A DNA stretch of 64,000 nt from Elusimicrobiota bacterium (GTDB lineage Bacteria; Elusimicrobiota; Elusimicrobia; Elusimicrobiales; UBA9959), in contig WOVA01000009.1 of assembly GCA_009773155.1 (NCBI GenBank), positions 82 to 64,081 on the forward strand. The letters are read 5' to 3'. A program made the position numbers and the translations under genes. A model generated the notes under the pieces. That model ran no database searches. It saw nothing but the letters and a program-made list of their open reading frames with translations, and was not told where the DNA came from. This document shows, piece by piece, positions 1-8,681 of the stretch (the first letter of the stretch is position 1; every line of letters starts with the position of its first letter).

Positions 1-112
1 TGCAACTTTCAGGTTAAGTTGTCCGGGACAAGGACGCGCGGGACGCAGCCGAAAATAGCGGAGGGCCCGTACGTGTGAGGCGATCCAGTCCGAAAAACGC
101 AGAGGACGGGTA

Positions 113-1033
113 TTACCTGGGGAAGTGGGAGTAGCGGAACTGGAACATGCCGAGCAGGTCCCAGCCGCCGTCGAACATCAGGTAGGAGAGCTGGAAGTTG
201 AGCTTAAGCATGGTGCCGAGCTGCAGATTGATCAGCTTGGGGCTCATCGGGGCGCCCTGCGGTATTATTATTTCGGCCGCTATGGGGTTGTTGGGCCTGG
301 GCAGCCAGATGAAGCCGGCGAACATCGCTCCCGTAGGCACCTCGCGCCCCGTGTAGCCGTTGAGCGACAGCGCCCGCTCCGACAGGAACTCGGAAAGCAT
401 ATAGATGCTCTTGGAGAGGTCGCCGTCGGCGTAGCCCGCGTTGACCATGAACTTCGGGTGCAGGTGCTTGGTCAGGGCCAGGTAGGCCGTCGCGTAGGTG
501 TTGGTGTTCTTGTCGTCGACGGAGATAGTGGGAACGCTGGCGTTGAGAGGGTTCTGTCTGGAGTCGCGGAAAGCGAAAGTGCCCTGCGCGCCGGCGGCCA
601 TCGCCGGCCTCCAGGCGCCCTCGGTCTGTATCAGCATCTTGCCGTCGGCGCTTATGAACCAGACGCCGAGCCGGTCGATGTAGCTCTTCTTCTCCAGCGT
701 CCAGTCGAAAGAATTCTTGCCGTAGAGCCGGCCGATATAATAGGCGGCGTTGAAGTCCAGGCCGAGGCCTATTTCGTTCCTGCCCCGTCCGCGGTAGGCG
801 GTGGGCGTCAGGACGATTCCGCTGATCGGCACGGCGGCCGGCGGGTAGACGCCCGGTGTACGCTTGGACTTCGAGGGAGCCATGCCCGGAAGGCCGGCCG
901 AATCCGTTGAGACTGCGACCTCTCCCGCCGCGGGCGCAGACGGCACTGGGACACCAAGCGGCATGGTGTCCCCCGCTGATGCGGCCGCGGTGGCGCAGAG
1001 GGCGAAAAGAAAGGCTATTATCCCGGTATTCAT
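113..1033 (-). CDS. Secreted/outer-membrane hypothetical protein (beta-barrel-like, possibly YjbH-like) carrying a palindromic insertion after the signal peptide
   Basis: ATG at 1033 (MNTGIIAFLFALCATAAASA signal peptide) overlaps the pgpA stop. Alternating aromatic strands and C-terminal MFQFRYSHF. The ORF-track extension to 1537 overlaps pgpA and was not accepted. Confidence 0.6.
   Translation of the reverse strand: MNTGIIAFLFALCATAAASAGDTMPLGVPVPSAPAAGEVAVSTDSAGLPGMAPSKSKRTPGVYPPAAVPISGIVLTPTAYRGRGRNEIGLGLDFNAAYYIGRLYGKNSFDWTLEKKSYIDRLGVWFISADGKMLIQTEGAWRPAMAAGAQGTFAFRDSRQNPLNASVPTISVDDKNTNTYATAYLALTKHLHPKFMVNAGYADGDLSKSIYMLSEFLSERALSLNGYTGREVPTGAMFAGFIWLPRPNNPIAAEIIIPQGAPMSPKLINLQLGTMLKLNFQLSYLMFDGGWDLLGMFQFRYSHFPR
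946..980. repeat. Intragenic palindromic element, copy 1
   Basis: ctGGGACACCA-agcggca-TGGTGTCCCccgctgat; reads GDTMPLGVP in the 113..1033 protein. Confidence 0.9.
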
Positions 1034-1572
1034 AATACGAAGACGGTCACGAATCGCGCTATGACATTGGCGGCGATCCCGGCCATGAAGTCGTCCATAA
1101 TTATACCAAAACCGCCCTGGAGGTTCTTTTCCGCGAAGCTGATGGGCCAGGGCTTGACCGTGTCGAGGAAGCGGAAGGCGACGAAGGCGGTTATGATCGG
1201 CACCGGTTCCAGCGGCAGGAAGGCCGCGGCGGTCCAGAAGCCCAGTATCTCGTCTATGACGATGCGCGGGTCGTCGTGACCTCCGTAGGCCGCGGAGGCC
1301 CGGCCGGCTATCCAGGCCGAGAAAGGGAAGAAGGCGGCCAGCAGCGCGGCGTAGGCCCACCCCGTCGGCAGCAGCGGCAGCGCGAGCAGGGCGAGAAGCG
1401 AGCCGAGCATGCCGGCCCCGGTGCATTTTTTGAAAGGGGTCAGTGTCTGGGGGAGCAGGCCGACGAAGCAGCCGGTGGCCAGGAATTCCGTCGCCTTCCT
1501 GGCGAGAGGAGAGCGGGACTGGGACACCATGAGGCATGGTGTCCCCCGCTGATATCCGCGCGGTTCAGCCAT
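1030..1572 (-). CDS. pgpA: Phosphatidylglycerophosphatase A
   Basis: Motifs GAGMLGS, DDPRIVIDEILG, FRFLDTVKPWP and GGFGIIMDD; directly downstream of pgsA. Confidence 0.9.
   Translation of the reverse strand: MAEPRGYQRGTPCLMVSQSRSPLARKATEFLATGCFVGLLPQTLTPFKKCTGAGMLGSLLALLALPLLPTGWAYAALLAAFFPFSAWIAGRASAAYGGHDDPRIVIDEILGFWTAAAFLPLEPVPIITAFVAFRFLDTVKPWPISFAEKNLQGGFGIIMDDFMAGIAANVIARFVTVFVL
1519..1553. repeat. Intragenic palindromic element, copy 2
   Basis: ctGGGACACCATG-agg-CATGGTGTCCCccgctgat, a perfect 11-bp stem in the pgpA 5' end (reads RGTPCLMVSQ). Confidence 0.9.
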
Positions 1573-2179
1573 TCTTCTTTTCGCTCCACGACTTGCGGAG
1601 CAGTTCCCTGTGGTTGGCCAGGTAGATGACCCCGCTGATGAGCGTTACCACGGAGGCGATCACGGTCAGCCACCAGGAGGCGGGTGAGGCCCAGACGTCT
1701 ACGGCGAGGAAAAATTTGTGGGTGCCGGGATGGTCTATCACCCAGACCCTGTTGAGCAGCAGGGCCATTATGGTGAAGCCGGCGATGAGCTGTATCGTGG
1801 TCTTGAACTTGCCGGAGGCCTCGGCCTTCATGACCGAGCCATGCAGCGCCGCGAGGACCCGCAGCGTGGAGATGGTGAGCTCGCGCAGCAGTATCAGGAA
1901 GATCGCCCAGAGCGGGACGTCGAGCAGCTTGACCGAGGCGAAGGCGATGAAGGCCGACATGACCAGGATCTTGTCGGCGAAGGGGTCCGCGATGGCGCCG
2001 AAAGAGGTGGTGGTCTGGGTGCGCCTGGCGATCATGCCGTCTATAGCGTCGGAAACGCTGGCGATTATCATGACGATCAGACCTATCAGTACGGTCACGA
2101 AGGTCTTCTGTATCACCAGGAAGAAGACGGCCAGGCTCAGGACCAGCCTCGTTAAGGTTATACGGTTTGCGAGGGTCAT
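1565..2179 (-). CDS. pgsA: CDP-diacylglycerol--glycerol-3-phosphate 3-phosphatidyltransferase
   Basis: ANRITLTR start, CDP-alcohol phosphotransferase motif DAIDGMIAR...FGAIADPFADK, and GKFKT. Confidence 0.92.
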   Translation of the reverse strand: MTLANRITLTRLVLSLAVFFLVIQKTFVTVLIGLIVMIIASVSDAIDGMIARRTQTTTSFGAIADPFADKILVMSAFIAFASVKLLDVPLWAIFLILLRELTISTLRVLAALHGSVMKAEASGKFKTTIQLIAGFTIMALLLNRVWVIDHPGTHKFFLAVDVWASPASWWLTVIASVVTLISGVIYLANHRELLRKSWSEKKNG

Positions 2180-2943
2180 TTCTTGAAGTTTATTATCTCC
2201 GTGCCTTTGGGCGGCGTGAAGTCGAAAAGTTTCTCGTCCAGGCCGGCGTTGCGCTCGGTCTCGTCAAGGACGGTGCTGATCTTGGCGGATTCCACCACCA
2301 GGTCCGCCCTGGCCGGGAAATAATCCGTCGCGGAGAGCATCAGCGTAAGCGTGTAGAGTCCGCTGCGGTCTACGGGGGTGAGTATCAGTTTGACCATCCC
2401 CCCGGGGCCCGCCGGCGGCACGGCCGTCACCTTGTTGCGCGAGGCCAGCTCGGCATAGTTGCCGAAATCCATTATGCCGGAGAATCCGGAATTCTGCAGG
2501 TTCTTCCAGTCCTCCCAGCGCGTTTTCACGGCCTGGGAGTCGGCCGGCTTGTAGATCCAGATATCCTTTTTGTCCGTCACTATGATCTGGTGCGTCGGGG
2601 TCCGGTGCTCTATGCGCAGCCTGTCGGGCTTGAGATAGGAGAGAGTTCCTTCCACCTTCTGCTCCAGGCCCGCCTCCGAGAACAGTACGGTCTGTGTGAA
2701 CCCGGCCTTCAGCGAGGTCAGGGCCGAGTCCCACTCCATCAGTTTCGCCAGGACCTGATCGGTGTAAGAAGGCGTCGCGGTAGACTTCTCCACTTCGGCC
2801 TTGACGGCCGGCCGCAGAGCTTCCGGCACCGACTGCGGCGAAAGCCGCCCTGATCCGGCCGGGGCCGCTTTTTTAACCGCCGCCTCCAGCGCCGACGGAC
2901 AGGACAGGCAGGCCGCTATCGCCGCTATTAAAAATGCTCTCAT
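2176..2943 (-). CDS. lolA: Outer-membrane lipoprotein carrier LolA-like protein
   Basis: Signal peptide; SLKAGFTQT, GTLSYLKPDRLR and C-terminal LFDFTPPKGTEII; ftsK-lolA synteny. Confidence 0.8.
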   Translation of the reverse strand: MRAFLIAAIAACLSCPSALEAAVKKAAPAGSGRLSPQSVPEALRPAVKAEVEKSTATPSYTDQVLAKLMEWDSALTSLKAGFTQTVLFSEAGLEQKVEGTLSYLKPDRLRIEHRTPTHQIIVTDKKDIWIYKPADSQAVKTRWEDWKNLQNSGFSGIMDFGNYAELASRNKVTAVPPAGPGGMVKLILTPVDRSGLYTLTLMLSATDYFPARADLVVESAKISTVLDETERNAGLDEKLFDFTPPKGTEIINFKK

Positions 2944-5237
2944 TTTATCCCCTCCTGATCGGGGACACCATGCCGCATAGTGTCCCCATCCGGCTGCGCC
3001 GGGTCTGGCTGGTGATCTGCCAGGTGGCTCTCTATCTTGTCGAAGAAGATCTCCCAGCGGTTGGAGCCTTCCGGCTTGTGGATGAATTTGTTGACTTCCA
3101 GGATGCTGAGGATGTTGGTCGCGCGGGACGACGAGCCGAAATGGGCCTTGAGCAGGTCCTGCGAGACGCGGCGCCTCTCGTTTATGAGTTTCAGCGCGGC
3201 GACGAGTTCCTCGGAGGAACTGCCCTTGCCGCCGCCGGCGGTCTCGTCCTCCTCTACGAACATCGGGTAGTCCGGGCGGCCCTGCGTCTTGAGATAGTCC
3301 ACCACGCGGTTGATCTCGGCCTCGCCGACGAAGGCGCCCTGTATGCGCAGCGGCTTGGGCGAGTCCTTGGTGAGATAGAGCAGGTCTCCTTTGCCTATCA
3401 GCGCCTCGGCGCCGGAGGTGTCGAGTATGACGCGGGAATTGACCTTGGAGGTGACCTGCAGCGCTATGCGCGACGGCAGGTTGGCCTTGATGACGCCGGT
3501 GATGACGTCCACCGACGGCTGCTGGGTGGCCAGCACCAGATGTATCCCGACGGCGCGGGCCATCTGGGCCAGGCGCTGTGTGTTCTCCTCCACCACGTTC
3601 TTGGCCTGCACCATCAGGTCGGCCAGTTCGTCGATGACTACGACGATGTAGTATTCGGGCTGCTCGTTGTTGGCCGCCGCCCAGCGGTTGTAGCCGGCTA
3701 TGTTCTTGACGCGCGCTTTCTCGAACTTCTTGTAGCGCTGCATCATGACCTTGGTGAGGCAGATCAGGGTCTTGGCCGCGTCCTTGGCGTCGGTTATGAC
3801 GGAGACGGAGTCCGGGAGTACCTTAGGGTCGTAGAGATAGGGTACGTCCTGGTAGAAGGAGAGCTCTAGCCGCTTGGGGTCTATCATCACGAACTTCACT
3901 TCGTCGGGCGTGTTGCGGAACATCAGGGAGAGTATCAGCGACTGCAGGAAGACGCTCTTGCCGGAGCCGGTGGAGCCCGCGATCAGCAGGTGAGGCATGT
4001 CCTCGAGGTTGGCCAGCGCGATGGAGCCTTCGGCGTGCCGGCCTATGCCGAAAGCCAGCGGTTCCTTGCGCTCGTTGAAAGCGGGGCTTTCCAGCACCTC
4101 GCGCAGGCCGACCTTGGCCCGCTTCTGGTTGGGTATCTCGAAGCCGATGGCCGACTTGCCCGGGATAGGGGCGATCACGCGTATGCCGGCGGCCTTCATC
4201 GCCAGGGCCACGTCGTTGGCCAGCGAAACGATAGAGCTGATCTTGACGCCGGGCGCCGGGGTCACCTCGTAACGGGTGATGACGGGCCCCGGGAAGATGT
4301 CGGCTACGTGCACGATTATATCGAAACTCCTGAAAGTTTCCTCGAGCTTGGTGCGGGCGGCCTCCATCTCGTCCCTCGACGGGCCGATGACGGTCTCCCG
4401 GGCCGGCGGGTCCAGCAGGTCGGCCGCGGGCAGCTTGAAATCCTTGAAGTGGGCCGTGTAGGTCTTGGGCTTCTTGTGGGACTTTACCTTTATGGCGGGG
4501 TTCTCCCGTTCTCTTTCCTTGACCGGCAGCGGGGGCGGGGCCTTCGGCTTCTCGTCCCCGGCCGGATGCGGAGCTGGGACACCATGCGGCATGGTGTCCC
4601 CCGCCGATGCCTCGGGTATCGGTTTGGCCTCGTATTTGGGTTCCGGGCCGTCCCTCTCCGATATCAGATTGAGCCTGGACCTGAGGTCGCGGCGGGCCTG
4701 GGACCAGCTGCGGTAGTCGTCGGCGATGGCGGACCAGGAGAATCTGAGCGCCTTGCCCCAGGAGATCTTGAACAGGAGCTGTGCGCCGACCAGGAAGAGG
4801 GCGAAGGAGAATACTCCCGCGCCGGCGGCGCCGAACATCTTCTCCAGGACGTGCTCCATGTAATAACCGATATGCCCGCCGTCGAAGCCGGCGGCGGGAA
4901 AAGCTATTTCCATCAACTGCAGGCCGGAGGAGAGTGCCCCGAGCATAAGGAGTATCCCGCCGGTCAGGGTCAGCAGGCCCTTATGCGGCTTGCCGAGCTT
5001 GAGCAGTATGGCCGCCAGGCCATAGAGGAATATAAAAGGAAAAAGGTAAGCCGACTGTCCGAGGAGCCCGTGCAGCGCGCCGGAGACGGACTCCCCCACC
5101 ATTCCCTTGGAGCTGCTGCTGAAAGTCAGCCAGATCAGCCACAGGGCGAAGGCGAAGGAGAGTATCCAGTAAAGCGCCCCTATAAAGGGGGACGGGGCCC
5201 CCTTCTTGCCGGGCGCGGCGAAACTGCGTTTGAGCAT
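2940..5237 (-). CDS. ftsK: DNA translocase FtsK/SpoIIIE
   Basis: N-terminal TM domain, PGPVITRYE, HLLIAGSTGSGKS (Walker A), VVVIDELADLM, RAVGIHLVLATQ, and a C-terminal gamma-like domain. Confidence 0.95.
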   Translation of the reverse strand: MLKRSFAAPGKKGAPSPFIGALYWILSFAFALWLIWLTFSSSSKGMVGESVSGALHGLLGQSAYLFPFIFLYGLAAILLKLGKPHKGLLTLTGGILLMLGALSSGLQLMEIAFPAAGFDGGHIGYYMEHVLEKMFGAAGAGVFSFALFLVGAQLLFKISWGKALRFSWSAIADDYRSWSQARRDLRSRLNLISERDGPEPKYEAKPIPEASAGDTMPHGVPAPHPAGDEKPKAPPPLPVKERERENPAIKVKSHKKPKTYTAHFKDFKLPAADLLDPPARETVIGPSRDEMEAARTKLEETFRSFDIIVHVADIFPGPVITRYEVTPAPGVKISSIVSLANDVALAMKAAGIRVIAPIPGKSAIGFEIPNQKRAKVGLREVLESPAFNERKEPLAFGIGRHAEGSIALANLEDMPHLLIAGSTGSGKSVFLQSLILSLMFRNTPDEVKFVMIDPKRLELSFYQDVPYLYDPKVLPDSVSVITDAKDAAKTLICLTKVMMQRYKKFEKARVKNIAGYNRWAAANNEQPEYYIVVVIDELADLMVQAKNVVEENTQRLAQMARAVGIHLVLATQQPSVDVITGVIKANLPSRIALQVTSKVNSRVILDTSGAEALIGKGDLLYLTKDSPKPLRIQGAFVGEAEINRVVDYLKTQGRPDYPMFVEEDETAGGGKGSSSEELVAALKLINERRRVSQDLLKAHFGSSSRATNILSILEVNKFIHKPEGSNRWEIFFDKIESHLADHQPDPAQPDGDTMRHGVPDQEGIK
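2961..2987. repeat. Intragenic palindromic element, copy 3
   Basis: GGGGACACCATG-ccg-CATAGTGTCCCC; reads GDTMRHGVP in the FtsK C-terminal tail. Confidence 0.88.
4574..4608. repeat. Intragenic palindromic element, copy 4
   Basis: ctGGGACACCATG-cgg-CATGGTGTCCCccgccgat; reads GDTMPHGVP in the FtsK linker. Confidence 0.9.
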
Positions 5238-5250
5238 CTTTTTTACCGCC

Positions 5251-5478
5251 TTACTGCTGGCCGGCGGCGGGGCGTATGGTGTAGTTGAGGTCCTTGGGGT
5301 AGAGCTGTATCCTGCCCTGCGACATGAGCCAGCCCAGGGCGAGGTACAGGGAGGAACTGGAAAGGTGCAGCTTGAGCTTTATGTCCCATGAGGTAGTCTC
5401 GCCGGAGGCCGTGATCACGTCCATGACCTGCTCCGCCGTGCCTTTTATGCCGTCGGTGAACTTGTTGTTGTCGCTCAT
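5251..5478 (-). CDS. Small winged helix-turn-helix protein (DUF2582-like)
   Basis: 75 aa with LYLALGWL motif typical of DUF2582 wHTH proteins; in operon position. Confidence 0.7.
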   Translation of the reverse strand: MSDNNKFTDGIKGTAEQVMDVITASGETTSWDIKLKLHLSSSSLYLALGWLMSQGRIQLYPKDLNYTIRPAAGQQ

Positions 5479-5480
5479 TT

Positions 5481-5984
5481 TTATTTCTTCTTAATAAGGA
5501 AGAGGTCCTGGTTGGGCTCCACGGGCTTGCCGTTCTCCGTGAAGACCTTCAGAATGACGCAGTCCTCTTCGGCCTTGATCTCGTTGAAGACCTTCATGGC
5601 CTCGATGACGCAGATGACCTGGCCGTCCTTGACCGAGTCTCCTTCCCTGGCGTAGGGCGGGCTGGACGGGCTGGGGGAGCGGTAGAAGATGCCGGACATC
5701 GGCGCCTTTATCGTCTCTCCCTCGACCGCCGCGGGCCCGGCCGCGGGTCCGGCCGCTGGCTTCCCCTTGGAAGCCAGCGGCGCGGACTGCTGGGCCGCTC
5801 CGGGGGCGAAGACCGGTATGGGATGGAAGGTCTGCGAGTGCTTGCGGACGAGCTTAATGTAAGTCTCGTCCTTGGCGAACTCTATGACCTCGAGCTTATT
5901 GGCGCTCATGAACTGGTAGAACTTCTGTACCTGCTCGAATGCGCCGCCTGAAGCCATGTTTCCCGCTGGTTTCTTCTTGTTCAT
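5481..5984 (-). CDS. accB: Acetyl-CoA carboxylase biotin carboxyl carrier protein
   Basis: APMSGIFYRSPSP and biotinylation motif IEAMKVFNEI; start placed at MNKKKP (5984). Confidence 0.92.
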   Translation of the reverse strand: MNKKKPAGNMASGGAFEQVQKFYQFMSANKLEVIEFAKDETYIKLVRKHSQTFHPIPVFAPGAAQQSAPLASKGKPAAGPAAGPAAVEGETIKAPMSGIFYRSPSPSSPPYAREGDSVKDGQVICVIEAMKVFNEIKAEEDCVILKVFTENGKPVEPNQDLFLIKKK

Positions 5985-6012
5985 ACCTTGGTCTCCGTTC
6001 TCCTGTTGCCTT

Positions 6013-8214
6013 TTATCTGCGTCCGCGTCCGCCGCCGCCACCGCCGCCGCGGGGACCGCCGCGTCCGCCGCCGCGCGGGGCGCTGTAGTCGCGTCCGGTG
6101 TCGCCGCCGGGCAGGAGCACCCGCCTGGAGAGGCGGATCTTGCCGACATTGTCCACGTCGACCACCTTGACCTCGACTTCGTCTCCCATGTTCAGCACGT
6201 CTTCGACGCGCTCGACGCGGTTGATGTCTATCTCGGAGATGTGCAGCAGGCCTTCCTTGCCGGGCAGTATCTCCAGGAAGGCGCCGAAGTCGACTATGGA
6301 GACGACCCGGCCCTTGTAGGTCTTGCCTACCTCGGCTTCCATGGTGAAGTACTCCACCATCTGGCGGGCGGCGTCGAGGCACTTGCGGTCGACGCTGGAG
6401 ATGAAGATATTCCCGTCGTCGTCCACCTCGATGTCGGCGCCGGTCTTCTCGATGATGCCGCGGATGTTCTTGCCGCCGGGGCCTATGAACTGGCCGATCT
6501 TTTCCCTGGGGATGCTCAGCCTGGCCATGCCGGGCGCGTACTGCGAGACTTCGGCGCGCGGTTTGGGCAGGTGAGTCTCCATCAGGTCCAGGATGTGGTT
6601 GCGGCCCTTGGTGGCCTGCTCTATCGCTTCCTTAAGGATATTGAGCGGGATGCCGGAGGCCAGCTTGACGTCCATCTGGAAGGCCGTGATGCCCTTGCGG
6701 GTGCCGGCCAGCTTGAAGTCCATGTCGCCGTAATGGTCCTCGAGGCCCGCGATGTCGGAGAGCACCGCGGACCTGGAGCCGTCGGTGACCAGGCCCATCG
6801 CTATGCCCGCGCAGGCGGCCTTGAGCGGCACGCCGGCGTCGTACATGGCGAGTGACCCGCCGCAGACGGTCGCCATGGAAGACGAGCCGTTCGATTCCAG
6901 GATATCGGAAACTATCCGGATCGTGTACGGGAACTGTTCCTCGGAAGGCAGCAGCGGCAGCAATGCGCGCTTGGCCAGGGTGCCGTGGCCTATGTCGCGG
7001 CGGCTGGGGCCCCTGTCTATCCTCACTTCGCCTACGGAGAAGCTCGGGAAGTTGTAATGCAGCATGAACCTGTCGAAGGTCTTGCCTTCCAGGTCGTCGA
7101 GCATCTGCTTGTCGTCGGGCGTGCCCAGCGTGGCGACCGCCATGGCCTGCGTCTGTCCGCGCGTGAACAGCGCGGAGCCGTGCGTGCGGGCCAGGTAGCC
7201 GGCCTGCATGGTTATCTGGCGTATCTCGTCGGTCTTGCGGCCGTCGGCGCGCAGGCGCTTCTCCAGCAGTATCGAGCGGGAGACCTCGTGGACGATCTCC
7301 TCCATCAGCGTCTTGACCTGGTAGCTGGCGGTCTTTTCTGCCGGGAACCGCTCGGCGACCTCCTTGAGCAGGCCGTCCTTGATGGCGGAGATGGTGGACT
7401 CTATCACTTCTTTGGTCGGGAAGGAGTTGAGCAGTTTCGCCACCTCGGGCTTGGCCTTTTCTTCCACGATTTTCCTGATATCGGGGTTGAAGGCGGGCGC
7501 CTCTACCTTGGTCTTCTCTTTGCCGCAGAGCTCGCGCATCTCCAGCTGCATGTCGCAGAGCCTGTCGAGCTCGGGGCGCGCGGCCTCGAGAGCCGAGACC
7601 AGTTCAGTGTTCGGGATCTCTTTGCCGCCGCCTTCGACCATCAGTATGCCTTCGCGGGTGCCGGAGATCACCAGCTCCATTTCGGACGCCTCGCGCTGCT
7701 CGTTGGTCGGGTTGACCACGAACTGGCCGTCCAGCTTGCCCAGCCGTACGGCGGCCACGGGCCCGTTGAACGGGATGTCGGAGATCATCAGCGCCGCGCT
7801 GGCGGCGTTGATGGCGACGATATCGGCGGGGTTCTGGCTGTCGCTCGACATCACCATCGCCACGACCTGGGTTTCGGTATTGAAGTACTCGGGGAACAGG
7901 GGGCGCAGGGAACGGTCCACCAGGCGGGAGGTGAGTACCTCGCGCTCGCGGGCCTTGCCCTCGCGCTTGAAGAATCCGCCCGGGATCTTGCCTGCGGCGT
8001 AGGTGCGCTCCTTGTAGTCGACGCTGAGCGGCACGAACTCCGGCGGGTTCTCGCGGGGCTTCCTGGCCTGGACGGCGGCGGCGAGCACCTGCGTGTCGCC
8101 GATGCGGCCGAGGACGGAGCCGCCTGCCTGCCTGGCCAGGAGCCCGGTCTCGAAGGACATCATGGTATTGCCCACCTTGACTTCAAGGCGGGTGGGTTTA
8201 ATGTTATTGGTCAT
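6013..8214 (-). CDS. pnp: Polyribonucleotide nucleotidyltransferase (PNPase)
   Basis: GKIPGGFFKREG, HGSALFTRGQTQ, SNGSSSMA and DMDFKLAG motifs; KH and S1 domains; downstream of rpsO. Confidence 0.97.
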   Translation of the reverse strand: MTNNIKPTRLEVKVGNTMMSFETGLLARQAGGSVLGRIGDTQVLAAAVQARKPRENPPEFVPLSVDYKERTYAAGKIPGGFFKREGKAREREVLTSRLVDRSLRPLFPEYFNTETQVVAMVMSSDSQNPADIVAINAASAALMISDIPFNGPVAAVRLGKLDGQFVVNPTNEQREASEMELVISGTREGILMVEGGGKEIPNTELVSALEAARPELDRLCDMQLEMRELCGKEKTKVEAPAFNPDIRKIVEEKAKPEVAKLLNSFPTKEVIESTISAIKDGLLKEVAERFPAEKTASYQVKTLMEEIVHEVSRSILLEKRLRADGRKTDEIRQITMQAGYLARTHGSALFTRGQTQAMAVATLGTPDDKQMLDDLEGKTFDRFMLHYNFPSFSVGEVRIDRGPSRRDIGHGTLAKRALLPLLPSEEQFPYTIRIVSDILESNGSSSMATVCGGSLAMYDAGVPLKAACAGIAMGLVTDGSRSAVLSDIAGLEDHYGDMDFKLAGTRKGITAFQMDVKLASGIPLNILKEAIEQATKGRNHILDLMETHLPKPRAEVSQYAPGMARLSIPREKIGQFIGPGGKNIRGIIEKTGADIEVDDDGNIFISSVDRKCLDAARQMVEYFTMEAEVGKTYKGRVVSIVDFGAFLEILPGKEGLLHISEIDINRVERVEDVLNMGDEVEVKVVDVDNVGKIRLSRRVLLPGGDTGRDYSAPRGGGRGGPRGGGGGGGRGRR

Positions 8215-8217
8215 CGG

Positions 8218-8487
8218 TTATTTCCTCAGCCCAAGAGCTTTGATCACTTTCTTGTACTCTTCCTTGTTATGCTTCTCTATGTAGGCGAGGAAGCGTTTGC
8301 GCTTGGCGACCAGTATGGACAGTCCGCGCTTGGTGGAATGGTCCTTCTTGGCGACGGCCTGGTGTTTGGAAAGGTACAGTATTCTTTCGGTGAGGAGAGC
8401 CACCTGTACGGAGGAAGAGCCCGTGTCCGTTGGTTTGGAGGCGAATTTCTCCACTATTTCTTTGGTTTTCGCTTTGGTCATTGCCAT
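8218..8487 (-). CDS. rpsO: 30S ribosomal protein S15
   Basis: DTGSSSVQVALLT, KKDHSTKRGL and C-terminal LGLRK; 89 aa. Confidence 0.97.
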   Translation of the reverse strand: MAMTKAKTKEIVEKFASKPTDTGSSSVQVALLTERILYLSKHQAVAKKDHSTKRGLSILVAKRKRFLAYIEKHNKEEYKKVIKALGLRK

Positions 8488-8681
8488 TTTCGTGTGTCAC
8501 ACTCTCTTTTTTTAGTTTCTTATCGTTCCCTTATTATATTATTTGCCCGCTCTCCCGGTCAACCGGGCAGCCGCCTCCGCGCGCCCCGGCCGCGCGTCAC
8601 CGTCCGCGATGCGGACTGGAACGGTATTTTACCCCCGCCGAAAAGTTTGTAATATTAGTGCCGCATATAAGGAGAATAAAA

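Noticed and set aside
113-1537. 474-aa ORF starting MPHGVP
   Set aside because: The first 168 codons overlap pgpA in another frame and the ATG comes from palindrome copy 2. The credible start, with a signal peptide, is at 1033.
946-4608. Palindromic repeats as a CRISPR array
   Set aside because: Copies are 0.5-1.6 kb apart inside genes, with no regular spacers and no cas genes.
6016-6080. GCC-rich low-complexity run
   Set aside because: It simply encodes the Gly/Arg-rich C-terminal tail common in PNPase.
8488-8640. Possible S15 autoregulatory leader
   Set aside because: Expected by position, but I could not identify a supportable structure.
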